Source: Fistulifera solaris (taxonomy: Eukaryota). From it: 64,000 bases of DNA. The notes under the pieces are model-generated. The model saw only the letters and a program-made list of their open reading frames with translations, ran no database searches and was not told the origin of the DNA. The stretch covers positions 744,001 through 808,000 of the forward strand of contig AP026149.1 of assembly GCA_030295235.1 (NCBI GenBank), given 5' to 3'. The translations under genes and the position numbers were made by a program. Below, in pieces: positions 1 to 11,893 of this stretch; positions within the stretch are counted from its first letter, which is position 1; each line of letters begins with the position of its first letter.

Positions 1-672
1 AGACAATGTCGGAGCCGGAGTTGGAATCGGTTGCACCTCATTCGGTTTGACGACAAACACAAAGACCGCCATTCCAGCAATGCCCATGAGCGACAAGAAC
101 GTACAAGTGAGCGAAATGGGCAAAAGATACCGTGCATATTTGGGAGCAGACACCGCTTCTCCTTGCACGACAGGTGCGTGTAGAATCTCTAACAATTTTG
201 CTTCCTGTTGCTCATCGACAGGTTCCGCTTGTATATCGGGAGGCAACATGTACGTTTCTTTGCTTAGGACAGGATCCACATCGTCGCTATTCCCTGCTTC
301 CACAGTGCAAGCACTACTCCTGTTCGAGTGAAGACTTACAGTCCCCAATTCTTCGACGGATGGAGGTCTTTCTTCGTCATGTTGTTGCTCCTCATTATCA
401 TCTTCTTCATCGCTTTCTTCCAAATCCCAGGCATCCTCTTCTTGTTGCTCCGCAGTCATGACGCGACTCCCAATCATATGCACTGCACCCGGTTGAGAAG
501 GCAATTCTTCTCCATCCGGAAAAACATCGACACGAGAAGGCTTAATATCCGAATGACTTTCGTGCTGTGATTGTTGTTGATGCTGTTGCTTCAAACAACA
601 CGATGATGGTATGCCTGCATGAACCGTCAGTGTTCCTTGTTGATGATTGTTTGTTTCAGGTGCAGTTGTCAT
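1..672 (-). CDS. 5' part of a single-pass membrane protein, probably the same LRR-type family as 3490..6178; runs off the window edge
   Basis: Manual translation from ATG at 672 is open to base 1: MTTAPET...QPGAVHMIG...acidic region...YLLPISLTCTFLSLMGIAGMAVFVFVV (TM)...PIPTPAPTLS. The PGA motif / TM / PT-stalk layout matches the 3490 gene. Not in the ORF track because there is no stop in the window. Confidence 0.7.
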   Translation of the reverse strand, partial: MTTAPETNNHQQGTLTVHAGIPSSCCLKQQHQQQSQHESHSDIKPSRVDVFPDGEELPSQPGAVHMIGSRVMTAEQQEEDAWDLEESDEEDDNEEQQHDEERPPSVEELGTVSLHSNRSSACTVEAGNSDDVDPVLSKETYMLPPDIQAEPVDEQQEAKLLEILHAPVVQGEAVSAPKYARYLLPISLTCTFLSLMGIAGMAVFVFVVKPNEVQPIPTPAPTLS

Positions 673-1245
673 GATTCTTTTAACGCTTTCTATTAAATTA
701 AATAAAATAGCTTGAAAACGGAAAGAGAGAGTGTTGCTTTTGAGATGTTTTTTTTTGTCACGACGCAGTTTCAAACAACGCGGTTTCGCTCGTCGCTCTT
801 TGCTGTTTAGCCTTTTTCTCCTTGGTTTCATTTGTTAGGTTACCTGGTACAGTCGGTACAGTATGCTTTTCACGACAAACGAAGCACGAATACTATAATG
901 TTGATGAGTGGTTTGAAATGACAGCGGTTCGCATGGCACTGTCTTGTAGAAAGCACTAAATGACTCCTCCTTCCTTCAAAATCTACTATGGGTTAAGAAT
1001 GCTCTGGGCACAATGTTTGCTAAGTATAAAAATAGTCTTCCATAGTACAAACTCTATTCTTGTCGTAGTCAGTCACGTTGACGTTTGATGCGTTGAATAA
1101 GTGGCAGATCCAGATCATAATTTCACTCCCTTTTTCTGCTTCCGCGTACAAAACAGTCCATTGGTTTGCAAAAGCACGAATCAATCTCGACGGCTGAGCG
1201 TAGCTTCTCTTCATCAAATAATAAAAAAAGTAAACGAGAAAGAGA

Positions 1246-2298
1246 ATGACGCTTAAAACAGTGGAAGTACTAGCACCCGGCAATCTTCCGGAAGGATATG
1301 TTTTTGATGCGACAGTCGATGGTGTTATCGTGAGTCTCCTTTCTCTTCTAAAAGTGAATAAAACGAATGAATATTCTCATGTTGTCTTTCCTTTCTCTTT
1401 CAACTAAGTTCGCTGTGACTGTTCCCGAGGGAGGCGTGGAAGAAGGACAGCCGATTCGTGTTGCCTATCCCGTTCCGTCCGCTCCCATCCTCGTTGCGGC
1501 GACACCGATTGTAGAAACGCCAAGCACATCCTCGTTTCTACAACCGGATGGAACACGCGTTACCGAAATCAAGAATACTGATGGGACGAGTACGGTCATT
1601 CGAGAGACGCCTCGTATCGAGGGCGGCTCAGAATATCAACCGTTGGCTCCAACGGGTCGCTTTCGCAACGGCATGTGCGATTGTTTCGAAGTATTTTGTT
1701 CTGGAAGATTTTGGGTGAGTTTTTGAGTGCGATTCTGACGTAGTGATTTTCCTCTCGTCGCTTCATACTGATGCATTTTCAAATCCTTTGTCACGCAGAT
1801 GGCTTGCTGTTGCATCGGCTGTTACATGGGACAGATTATGCAACGATTCAAATTGAATCCTTTCGGTGCACCGGGCAATTATCAAAACACGTGCTTGATC
1901 TGCACCGTTGCTTTCACCATCCTTATTATAGTGTCGTGGATTCTGACGGCTGCGTTTGGGACAAACTGTAAGTAGTTGATACGTGGTTAGATATTTGATG
2001 CGAGTCGAGAGGACACTCACTCGTATCTTTCTGGCCATGAATCGGAACGGGCAGTGAATGTTATTGTTTTAATTTGGATGACAATTGCTATTACTTTGAC
2101 ACACAGGGAATTTCGCAAAAGTACATGATTCCGCCCAAGTGCTGCGGAGAATCATGCTGGGGTGATTGTTGTTGCGCCTTTTGGTGTGGATGTTGCTTGG
2201 CCATTCAGATGGATCGACACACGCATGATGAGAAAATCTACAAGTACCAATGTTGCACGAATACCGGTTTGTCGCAAAGTGCTCCCGAAATTGTCTAA
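1246..2298 (+). CDS. PLAC8-family Cys-rich membrane protein, 4 exons
   Basis: MTLKTVEVLAPGNLPEGYVFDATVDGVI|FAVTVPEGG...GRFRNGMCDCF...FW|MACCCIGCYMGQIMQR...WGDCCCAFWCGCCLAIQMDRH. GT-AG introns at ~1330-1408, 1715-1798 and ~1968-2053. One apparent indel in the A-run near 2117. Confidence 0.8.
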
Positions 2299-3489
2299 AA
2301 AAGGAATATTAGTGGATGAAAAAACAAGGCTCGGATCACATGGAATATAGTTAACGTACGATAAAGCCGACACAATAACAGCCAACTTTTTGACTGAAAA
2401 CTGAATTCAGGTCTATGTGAATCATCAATTACTGATAAAAAGACGGGGAAAGATTTTTCGCCAATGATTCGCAGCTCAACAATGACTGGAATTTTAGTCA
2501 CGGCTCGTGGCATTAGAATCCATCTCTTGTTTGTACATACGTTGCTTTTTCCAATCACAATAGCTGCAAATAAACTGCTGCTAATCAAATCATTAGGTTT
2601 GCACATTACAATATTCTCTGCGTTAAAATGTCTCCTTGATACGGAGTAATACAGTTTTATAATTACTATAGGCCTAATATGTTGTCTGTTTTTCGGCGCG
2701 ACAGGATTTCAGTCATGAGTCATGAGATATTTTTGTTTGCACCCTTTTGCCGTCCATTTTTCGCAAGTTTATGACTTATTACCACTAAAGCTGCATTGCT
2801 TTGCAGCAACTTCTCACGAGAAGCGACGTTAGACTTAGAAGAAGTATAACGAATACTCTCTAGTGCGTGCGTTTCAACATTTCTTCACGACGCTGGCCAG
2901 AATAGACGCTGCAAATCAATGCATGTCCTTCCATGAGTTATCTTTTGACGAAGTAGAGCTGTAATCTATGATATTCATTGATGATTTAATCTTTGTCGTA
3001 CATTTGCAATAAGTGAGGCAGTTATCGACGTCGCAATTCCCTTCTAGAATAGTTCGACTAAGATAGTATGCTACCAAAATGTAGGCGACACTTTACCACG
3101 ATTGCTTTTAGTCATGAGGCCAGATAGTGAGTCAGAAACGATATGACGGGAGACGGAAGGAGCGACATCTGGAATCTGGAGCCCGGAGCCACTTGGTAAA
3201 TGACAGAGAATTAGATAGTAGAATGTACCGCCATTAATGCCCAAGACTACTATCAACTATAAACGGTACGGTAAAAAGAGGAGTAAGATTTTTCAATGGT
3301 ATTTTGCGGAGGCGTCAAAGGTCAAAGCGACGAAGCCAAGCAGCACGAGCAAGAGACAGAAAGAAGTTACTTTCAAGAAGATTATTGAGTGGAATTCGTT
3401 CCACGAAATGAAAGATTAGTAAAGCAAACTCAAAGGAACCAAGCAGAAATAGGGTTTAAATGAAGTGAAAGGTCCACTTAGCAAAGCAC

Positions 3490-6178
3490 ATGAAAAAGTC
3501 TCAAAGAATGAATCAAACGACGGAGGACGACTCCTCGTCGACGATGAACGACAGCAAAGAACCGCTGCCCGCAGAGGCCAATCAACAATCTCTCCACAAA
3601 ACAATAAATTATCTAAGCTTTCAATCGCTAACATCAAAGAAGAAAACGAAAAGGCTATATCCCAGCGATATGACGGACCGCTTTTCCGCCTTTCCATCCT
3701 CTTGGTCGTACGACGTTCACGAAAGGGTCTCTTCGAATCAGAACTTTCCCTGCTGCAACAGCAATCACACGACTGCGATTGCCGCCATAGACACGGAAAA
3801 CGGAACTGAAGCGAAAAGTATGGATAGCGACTCTTCTTCCGGAGATCCGAAGGATTGTATACGAATGTCACAAAACGCCGACAATAGCGCGTGCGAGAAT
3901 CGAGATATTCTTTTTCTGTGCCCAGCAGCTACCGTGTCTGAAAGAAAGGGAGTTGCTACTTTGTCGTTGGAAAGTAGAAGAAAACCCTCTTTGCTGGATA
4001 CATCGACAGATGATGAAGAAGAAGAGTGCCGGACACGGCCGCAAGATAGAATACAGGCACCATGGGATGACGAAGCTTACGGATCTTTTGGTAATATTAG
4101 CCCAGAAGTAACAACGAGAATCAATGATTCAAACCAAAGAAGATCCGGATCCGGTTCGCAGTTAGATGACAGACAAAGGCGGACAGTAATGAGAGGTCTC
4201 GATTACGAAGACAACAACAAAAGACTCTGGGATGATGAATTCATTCTCGAAAACCCTGAAGTGACGGAAGAAGCTATTCGGCAACATTCTATGATGTCGG
4301 TTCCGGGTGCTATTGCGGTTGCGGGCATCAACGCGAGATTCTCTCTGGGCGATTTTTCGGACAATCACACCACGATTTCGATGCAAGAAGCACTGAGACA
4401 AATATCTGCAACTGACGCGAGAAATCTCGGTGATCACGATGAGAGTGTTAATATGGAGTTGACAGAGTTTATTCGGCACCAATCTATGCTGTCAGTACCA
4501 GGCGCGATTGCAGTGGATGGTATTCAAGGAAGGTTCGAAACGGATGCCGACTCGGACAATGAGACAACTACTTCTATGAGACAAGCAAGGAGATGTAGTT
4601 CAAATATGGACCCTAATGATATACGTGTACAGGGAATCTTGGCAGCAGAAGAAACTGATGTGGGAGCTTTTGTATCTGTGTCGGTTATCAGACAAGCTCC
4701 TGTTATCGACGCCGAAGGTATACAGGTAATAAACGTGGAGGATGACGAGCTGGGTGAAACCGACGCTACTTCGATCAAAGTCAATCGCTGGGGAAGCGGA
4801 TTGGTTTTTATGGTGGTCATGGCTGCTCTCGTCTGCATAGTCATCTTTCTTATAGTTGAAAATCAACAACCAGAGGCAAAACCGCGCTTGGCGTCCACGG
4901 AAAGCCCGACGTTCGTACCAACGCTCTCTCCTACCAGCGCGCAGCTGCCAAAGCTCATTGACATACTCAAGTCCATTACCGACGAAAATATTTTACGAGA
5001 CCCTTCTTCGCCGCAGTTCATGGCGGCAGAGTGGCTCTCGCGAGATGTTGCCGAGAAAGACCTGACAGAGGAAAAGCAAATCCAGCGGTATGTTTTAGCG
5101 ATCATGCAATTCGCGTATGGCATCACAGCCGTGTGCGACGAAAAGTCATGTACTTATGACCGATCATCCACCCCGTTTTTAAAACCATATGATGAATGTG
5201 CGTGGGATGGTGTCACATGCAACGATGACGGAAAAGTGACACAAATTGTCTTGTTTGGCCGTCCGGCCGATTCCCTTCTGAATGGCATTGTGAAATGGAA
5301 GCAATCGTCACAAAAGTGGGCATGTTAACCTCTGAAATCAGGACGTTAACTGAGTTGTCGGTGTTGGTCATCGAAGGCTTTGATCTTTCAGGCTCAATCG
5401 ATCATGTTATCAATCCGAGTTTAAAGAATCTTCGAACTATTCGACTCGGGGGAAATTCTCTGACCGGATCACTCCCTGGTCAGATTTGGAGAATCTACCC
5501 GAACTTGGAAGTTTTAGATCTCTCTAACAATGAACTTAGTGGTCCAATACCCCAAAGCATAGGCCGTATACCCTCACTGAGTAAGTCACAATCATCTCTC
5601 GTTCGCGTACAAGGGCTATGTTCATTTTATTCGTTTCTTACAGAGTTATGTGTACAGAGACGTTAAACTTGCGGAAAAACAAAATTACAGGTCAGATCCC
5701 TTCTTTTATTGGGTTACTAACATCCCTTGAATTATTGAATCTCGCCCAAACACTTGTGGAGGGTTCTTTGCCCCGAGAGATTGTAGGATTTTCAGAGACA
5801 TTGCAGACTTTGGATCTCAGCAACACGAAAATGAGCGGCCCACTTCCAGTGGAACTTGAATTATTTACTTCTCTGCGAGCACTTAACTTGAAAGGGTGCG
5901 ACTTTTCCGGGACCATCCCAGAGCTGTCGTGCAGCAACGCTTACATGATTCGATTGAGCGATAATAATTTCTCGGGCACGATTCCTTCCTCCTTGGGCCA
6001 ATGTACCTCGTTGGAGCAACTAAAGTTGCGAAGTAATCCTCAGTTAACGGGGAGAATACCTGAGGCTCTTTGCGGTGACGCCTGGGATTATATTCAGCAG
6101 TTTACAAGTTATAGCGTAGACTGTGGCGTTGAATGTGATTGCTGTGATTTCAACCCACTCTGCGACGATGACTGGTAA
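3490..6178 (+). CDS. Single-pass membrane protein with a disordered N-terminus and C-terminal plant-type LRRs
   Basis: TM GLVFMVVMAALVCIVIFLIV, PT stalk, SPQFMAAEWL, QRYVLA, ECAWDGVTC cap, then LxxLxLxxNxLsGxIP repeats and a CGVECDCC end. Frameshift near 5293; intron 5581-5657. Confidence 0.85.
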
Positions 6179-8134
6179 CAATAAGTGCTGCGACAGGAAT
6201 CACTAGCTATATACATTACCAGTAATAACTTTACTTTTGCATTAATAAAGAATGGTCATGAACAAAGTAGAAGACTCCTTTGACCCATCACCCTTGAACA
6301 GTTATTTCTTTCATTGACTTTCTAATCAAACGAAGCAGACTTGGTGGACATCAAGTCTGTAGTGAATCGCACACATATCTTACAACAGCCACTGCAAAGG
6401 CTAGCAATACAAACATTTTATTCGAAAGCAAGCTGAGTCTTAGCAGAAGTAACAGTTTATCGAATATCGGAAGCACTCCTCATTCTTTATCCAGTGATTT
6501 TCGGAGAGAAGCCCTTATTTCATGACAGCTTTTGTTGGGAAGTAATGTACCGGTAAGGAAAATATGTAATGCGCACCTAAACTCGCAAATGATCTGATAA
6601 AATTATACAAGCAAAGAAGATGGTGAGAGCCATTTTTCTTTGTCAAGAGACAAAGTGTATCATACAGGCACAGCAAGACAAGGAATGAGATTTTGCATAT
6701 CCGAACTTGCTGTTGTAAAGTATGAGCACAGAAAGGTCCTAACTTTCCACTAGACAACCAAAGTCATTCGTCCTTCTAGGGCTTTTATGACCGCATGCGG
6801 AGACTTTGTAAACTCACGCTGCGGTAGAAACCACCCGTCACTACATATTATAGTCATAACACAGCATTCTGCAATATCGCTTACCGTTCACGACACCACA
6901 TGGCTCAAGGAGTGTCGTCCATTCTCGTTCGTTCTATGTTCTATCTTGCTTTCTCTTTCGATTGATCCAAGAGAAAATAGAAATCTATTAGAGCCGCCTG
7001 ATGATTCGGATCCCAGAACGAAGAATAATACATCAACGATTAATAACGATCGTATACTTGGAATCTTATGACGATCACGTGCGCGTCGTCAACAACTTTG
7101 GTACCGGCACGGTACCGGTACCGGTGTGTCAAAGAGCGAGGTCAAGGTTGAGTGTCGGACTGAAAGATTTATTCAGTCATGAGTTGACACGTCATCGGAT
7201 GTCGGAATGGTTCGAAATGACCGTCTAGTTTATTGGGAAAGGATTCTATTCGTGAAAGGAGTCTCGGATGTGTTTCGAACTATATGTTTGGGGATTTGGA
7301 ATCACGGAAGAATCCAGTATGCAATTATGGATGATGACTGTTGCTAGTTGCTAAGGAACATGCAATAATGGAGAATCTGGTGGATTGGCAGAAAGGGCTA
7401 TTTTATCCTAAAGTTGTTATTGGAGAAATGGACTTGGCAAGATCAGATTATGATCAGATCAAGATCAGATCAGAGACCAGTGAAAAGAGGAAAGCAAAAG
7501 TAATCGTAGGAAATCGTCATAATTCTGTAAACGAGTGTTTGGAGCAAAAGTTCGTTGTTTCAATAGTCTTTCGTCTTGGGTGTGTGGAGTCCCCGATAGC
7601 CGAGAGCAGTTACAGACCGCGGTAGAAATTTCAACACTGGTGTTCCCCGTTCACCTACTAGCTAGAGTACAACTTTACGTTTGAACACTTTCATTGCATC
7701 CAATGGACATGGACCGCATTTTTATTAATTTTCACCAAACGGAAGGACGAAAATAGATCACAGCAGACAGCAGCAACGTAAAGTACGAGGTACCTCTGCC
7801 GGTCGCCTTTACAAGCAAAATGAGTCGAATTCAATTTAACTTGATATTCTTCGATGTTTTCGGTGATGCCTCCTAGTGGGCTTTCTCATCATCAAATTGA
7901 CACACGACTACTCATATCTATTTACAGATCGTGTGTGAATGTTTTTTTACTTTTGTTCGTTAACCATCTATCTACCTGCAGGATGTAGTTTCTTGTTTCT
8001 TTTCTATATTCCAGTGTTCGTCCGTACAGTCGTAGAAATGCCCATTGAAAAAGGAGCGGGCATCGCACATTAGTGAGTGATTATGTAAATGAGATGCGTA
8101 CATGGAGTTTGATCTAACAAGGTCCACAGAGTTG

Positions 8135-10449
8135 TCACTTCCCATCATGGCCATTTATAGTAACAGTCCCGGTCCCACTTGGACCGACTTGTGGCGCTGC
8201 TTGATCTGGTGGCGCTGCTTGGACTGGTGGCGCTGCTTGATCTGGTGGCGCTGCTTGGACTGGTGGCGCTGCTTGATCTGGTGGCGCTGCTTGGACTGGT
8301 GGCGCTGCTTGATCTGGTGGCGCTGCTTGGACTGGTGGCGCTGCTTGATCTGGTGGCGCTGCTTGGACTGGTGGCGCTGCTTGGACTGGTGGCGCTGCTT
8401 GGACTGGTGGCGCTGCTTGGTCTGGTGGCGCTTCTTTGACTGGTGGCGCCTTGCAGATTCAGTTAACCATTCTTCCGATCCAGTTAACCATTCTTCCGAT
8501 CCAGTCAACCATTCTTCCGATCCAGTTGTTGATTCGGGCAACCAGTAGTTCGATCCATTGTTCAACCACCCGTCTAAAGATATAACAAACAAAGCCGACA
8601 ATGCAACCTGTTGCTCCGCCAGATATGCCTAAGATAATAATATCCCAGGGTGTTTCTTCCTGTGGATTGGGTGCCGAAGATGTTTTTTCTTCTTTCGACG
8701 GTTCGGAAGGGGGGAGGGGGGCAGCTACTACCGGGACGGCCGTAGGAATCAAGGTTGGCTTGGAAGTCGGGCGCAACGACGGCGGGGTAGTGGGTGCGGC
8801 ACTAGTCACTACCGGAGATCTCGTAGGAGTGGCAGTTACCACATTCATAAAAGGAGGGAGAGTGGGCAAAACCGCGCACCCGCAGCATCCGCGCTCCTGG
8901 TACGTGAGACCTTCCATATTGTTGTTCTCCTTCAAATTCGTGGGTAGTAAGCTCGCAGGCGGACAGAGCGGTAGAACTGCCTGCTGTATGTTTTCCAAGC
9001 ACTCGCTCGCTGGCGAGCATTGCGATCCACCGGTAGCATACCGGATCGCTTCCAGCTCACACGGTGTGGCAGTGAATCTCGGACAAGATTCTATGGATCT
9101 TCTTGCCAACCGACTTATGGCCTCGTCGGCATCTACGAAAGCGCCTATCAAGGGCTTTTGTAGGATGTCGATACCTACCACACCGATGTAGCGCGCTGGT
9201 GTTACGGATCGGTCGTACACGGCAGCCGACACAGTAATGCCGATCTCACCGTTCCAGAACTCGTACGGCTCGGTCCAAGCCGTTCGTTGCGAGTTCTCGG
9301 ACGAGCTCAATCCAGCCGCAAATACCAAGTTGTATCCGGACATTGCTGCGACGATATCTTTGTCACTTTGAATTGGTGCCCAAAACCCGTCCACTAAGCA
9401 CGCCAGTTCGGCCAGAAACGGATGGTTGCTTTCTTCTGTTTCTTCTCCGTTTGTAACCGAGTAGGTGAACAGCTTGAGAGGATTCCCTCTTGCTGTCGCG
9501 TTCTTGATGCGCTCCTCCACCATACCTTTGAGCATGTCCGGACCGTCAGTATCTGATGGTTTTACTATACCGTCGGATATAAAGAGAATTGCGCTGTTGC
9601 AATTCACCGCCACGCCGTTGTCACGCGAATCATCGAGAATGTCGAAGGCCTTTTTCAGACCTCCGTACATGTCGGTACCGTCACCTTTTTCCTCTTTTTC
9701 TATGAGGCTGACAAGGATTTGCTTGTTCTCCTTAGTCGCTGGTAAGAGATACTGGCCTTGATCCGCCAGAGCGTTTACCGCCTTGTCGAAGAAGACGACC
9801 GCTACCCGATCGCTCGGGGTTAGAGTATTGATCACTCTTGCGGCGGCGGCTTTCATCAGACCAAATCGCTGCCCTTGCCCCATAGAACCACTCTTGTCGA
9901 GCACCAGGACGACATTCCTGGCCCCCCGCTTACGCCGCCGTACCAATCCCTAGTGGTACAGTCGTAAGCATCACACACTTTGGAGGGGCGTCCAGGGACA
10001 ATCTGGAACGCTCCCTCCTTTGACCCGAAATAAGCCGCCCACGGCTTCACACCTAACTCATCGTCTTGTTGCAATTGATCCTTGAACCAATCCGCCACTA
10101 CTCTGCCAAGGCAGATGTCCTCAATGAGACGCTGGTCCGTTAGAGTCCTGTTGGGGGCGGCCGATAGATGCTGGTGGTTTCGTCCATCCACCCCGAACAT
10201 CCTTCGCCGCATCCCTCTAAGGTATCATTGGTAAAGGGGCATGTCGGGTTCGGTAGCTCTGAGTCGCACTCGTGGTAGTTTTTACCCTCGCATGCCGCCA
10301 GAGAATCACATCGTATCGTGAATTCATATTCTATTCTGTCGCGTAAAGCTAGGACCTTCCTCTCCCACAAAAAAAGCCGTATCGTCGAAAGAGGTCGTGT
10401 TCAGTCCAATGACGAAGGTTCCTGTTAGTAGGACTGTCAGTAGTTTCAT
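8135..10449 (-). CDS. alpha2delta/CACHD1-like VWA + Cache type I membrane protein, divergent copy 1 (possibly a pseudogene)
   Basis: N-terminus MKLLTVLLTGTFVIG; MIDAS motif LVLDKSGSM; Cache-like WTEPY..G.TVS..VYDR...IGVVGIDI; stalk; TM. Three homopolymer frameshifts (~10370, ~10155, ~9925). In-frame TGA at 8459-8461 precedes a repeat tail whose frame ends at 8135. Confidence 0.8.
8190..8449. repeat. 18-bp tandem repeat, ~14 copies, encoding (Q-A-A-P-P-V/D)n on the minus strand
   Basis: tggtggcgctgcttg(atc/gac) units read directly. Confidence 0.95.
8459..8526. repeat. 21-bp tandem repeat, 3 copies, encoding WIGRMV(N/D)
   Basis: agt(t/c)aaccattcttccgatcc x3. Confidence 0.9.
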
Positions 10450-11587
10450 GTTCTCCCTCTTACTTTTGAAATGAATGAAGAAAGAAGATTTGTTGTAGTG
10501 TTCCGAAGGATAGCATTTTGCTCACCGAAATAGGGTGCGCAGCGCGCATCCACTTGCAACGTGCAACACAGGTATGTCGCCGGTACTGTTCACGGTACTG
10601 TGAATTGACACTCAGAAAAGATTTTGCGTTGCGACCGCGAGCCCCTTGTTAGACACGATTCAGGTTCAGGAGTCCGCAGCTAGGTAATACGGAGCTGGGC
10701 ACTAGGCACCTGTGAACCTGTGAAGATTTGCTCCGTTCCCCGTTCCCGCTCCTTTCATCTTTCATAGTTCAAAATCTTCATAATTAGTCAAAAGCGAATA
10801 ATTAATGCTTTCGTGATTCAGAAATAGCCAATAGCCACTATTGCCCCCAGCCCCACTGGGCCCTGGGACCTGGGACTTGTAACCAGACACCGAGACACCG
10901 TTTTTCTGTCTCACGCGCGTCAAGGTTTACTTTCAAGTCCGTAAGATCTTGACGAATTGTTATGTCGTTTCTCGTTTCGTGATTCATTTTCTCGATAGGT
11001 AGTGTAGTAGAGTGTGGCGTTTCCCACGCCTGTATGATATGCCCTAAGTACAAGCTATCTCAACAAGACTGTACACTGCACTGCAACCATCTTATTTGTT
11101 TGTTTCTAGTTTCGTGATTCATTTTCTTCATTGGTAGTGTAGAATTTCAAAAGACGTGAGATACGCCCTCAGTACAAGCTATTTTGCTGTTTTGCTATTT
11201 CGAACGAAACTGTACTGCAACCGAAGGAGGAACAATAAAAAAATCCTACTTCGTAATATTTATTCCTAATTTCCTAAAGTCAGTACCTTTTTGTCTGGCA
11301 CGTGGCACGTTCGACTTCGGAGTGTCAATTTTCATGTCAACGAGCCAAGATGTTGCCTGTTGCCTGTTGCCTGTTGCCATGCTACAAAAGGTTTGTTCGG
11401 CATACCGACGTGACGCAAGACGCAAAGGAGTATATACGGCGTGCAGTATTGTTTTCCTTTGAAACGACATATATCAAGGAAGACATGGTTTTAAAAGTCC
11501 GAACGGCAAGTATTGGAAGACGGGTTGGTATACATGTTCGAAATCATGGCAACCAATTTCATTGCGGATGTTACGGACGACTTCCTG

Positions 11588-11893
11588 TCAGCAAATTTCG
11601 TGGACGGCCATGGAATCGATAAAAGATATTGGGTCATCCGTTAGATCCATAAAGACAGGAACGTTCTTGGCGGAAGATTGGGAAAATGATTCACTGTATC
11701 GTTGACACAATCGCAACTGAGCACGTCGCAACACATGCCATTCGTCTTCGACCGACTGATTGGTTAATATTTCTTTCATGAGGCGCGTCGCGTCGTGCAG
11801 TGTTGCCAACGCTTCTTTGAATAAATGGCGATGTAGCATCTCCACACCCATGTTGTTGAGCGCCATTGCGGTGCGTGACAAAACGGGTGACAT
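11588..11893 (-). pseudogene. 3'-truncated copy of the 260-aa TPR-like gene
   Basis: Near-identical to the 16558..17340 gene up to ...FIDSM (~11610), then unrelated sequence and an early stop. Confidence 0.8.

Noticed and set aside
8459..8461. TGA in VWA copy 1 as selenocysteine
   Set aside because: It aligns with Trp (TGG) in the adjacent repeat units, not Cys, and I saw no SECIS.
8102..8601. ORFs with WWRCL, LVALLG or KQRHQ repeats
   Set aside because: These are alternative-frame readings of the 18-bp repeat. The frame homologous to copies 2/3 is the minus-strand QAAPP frame.
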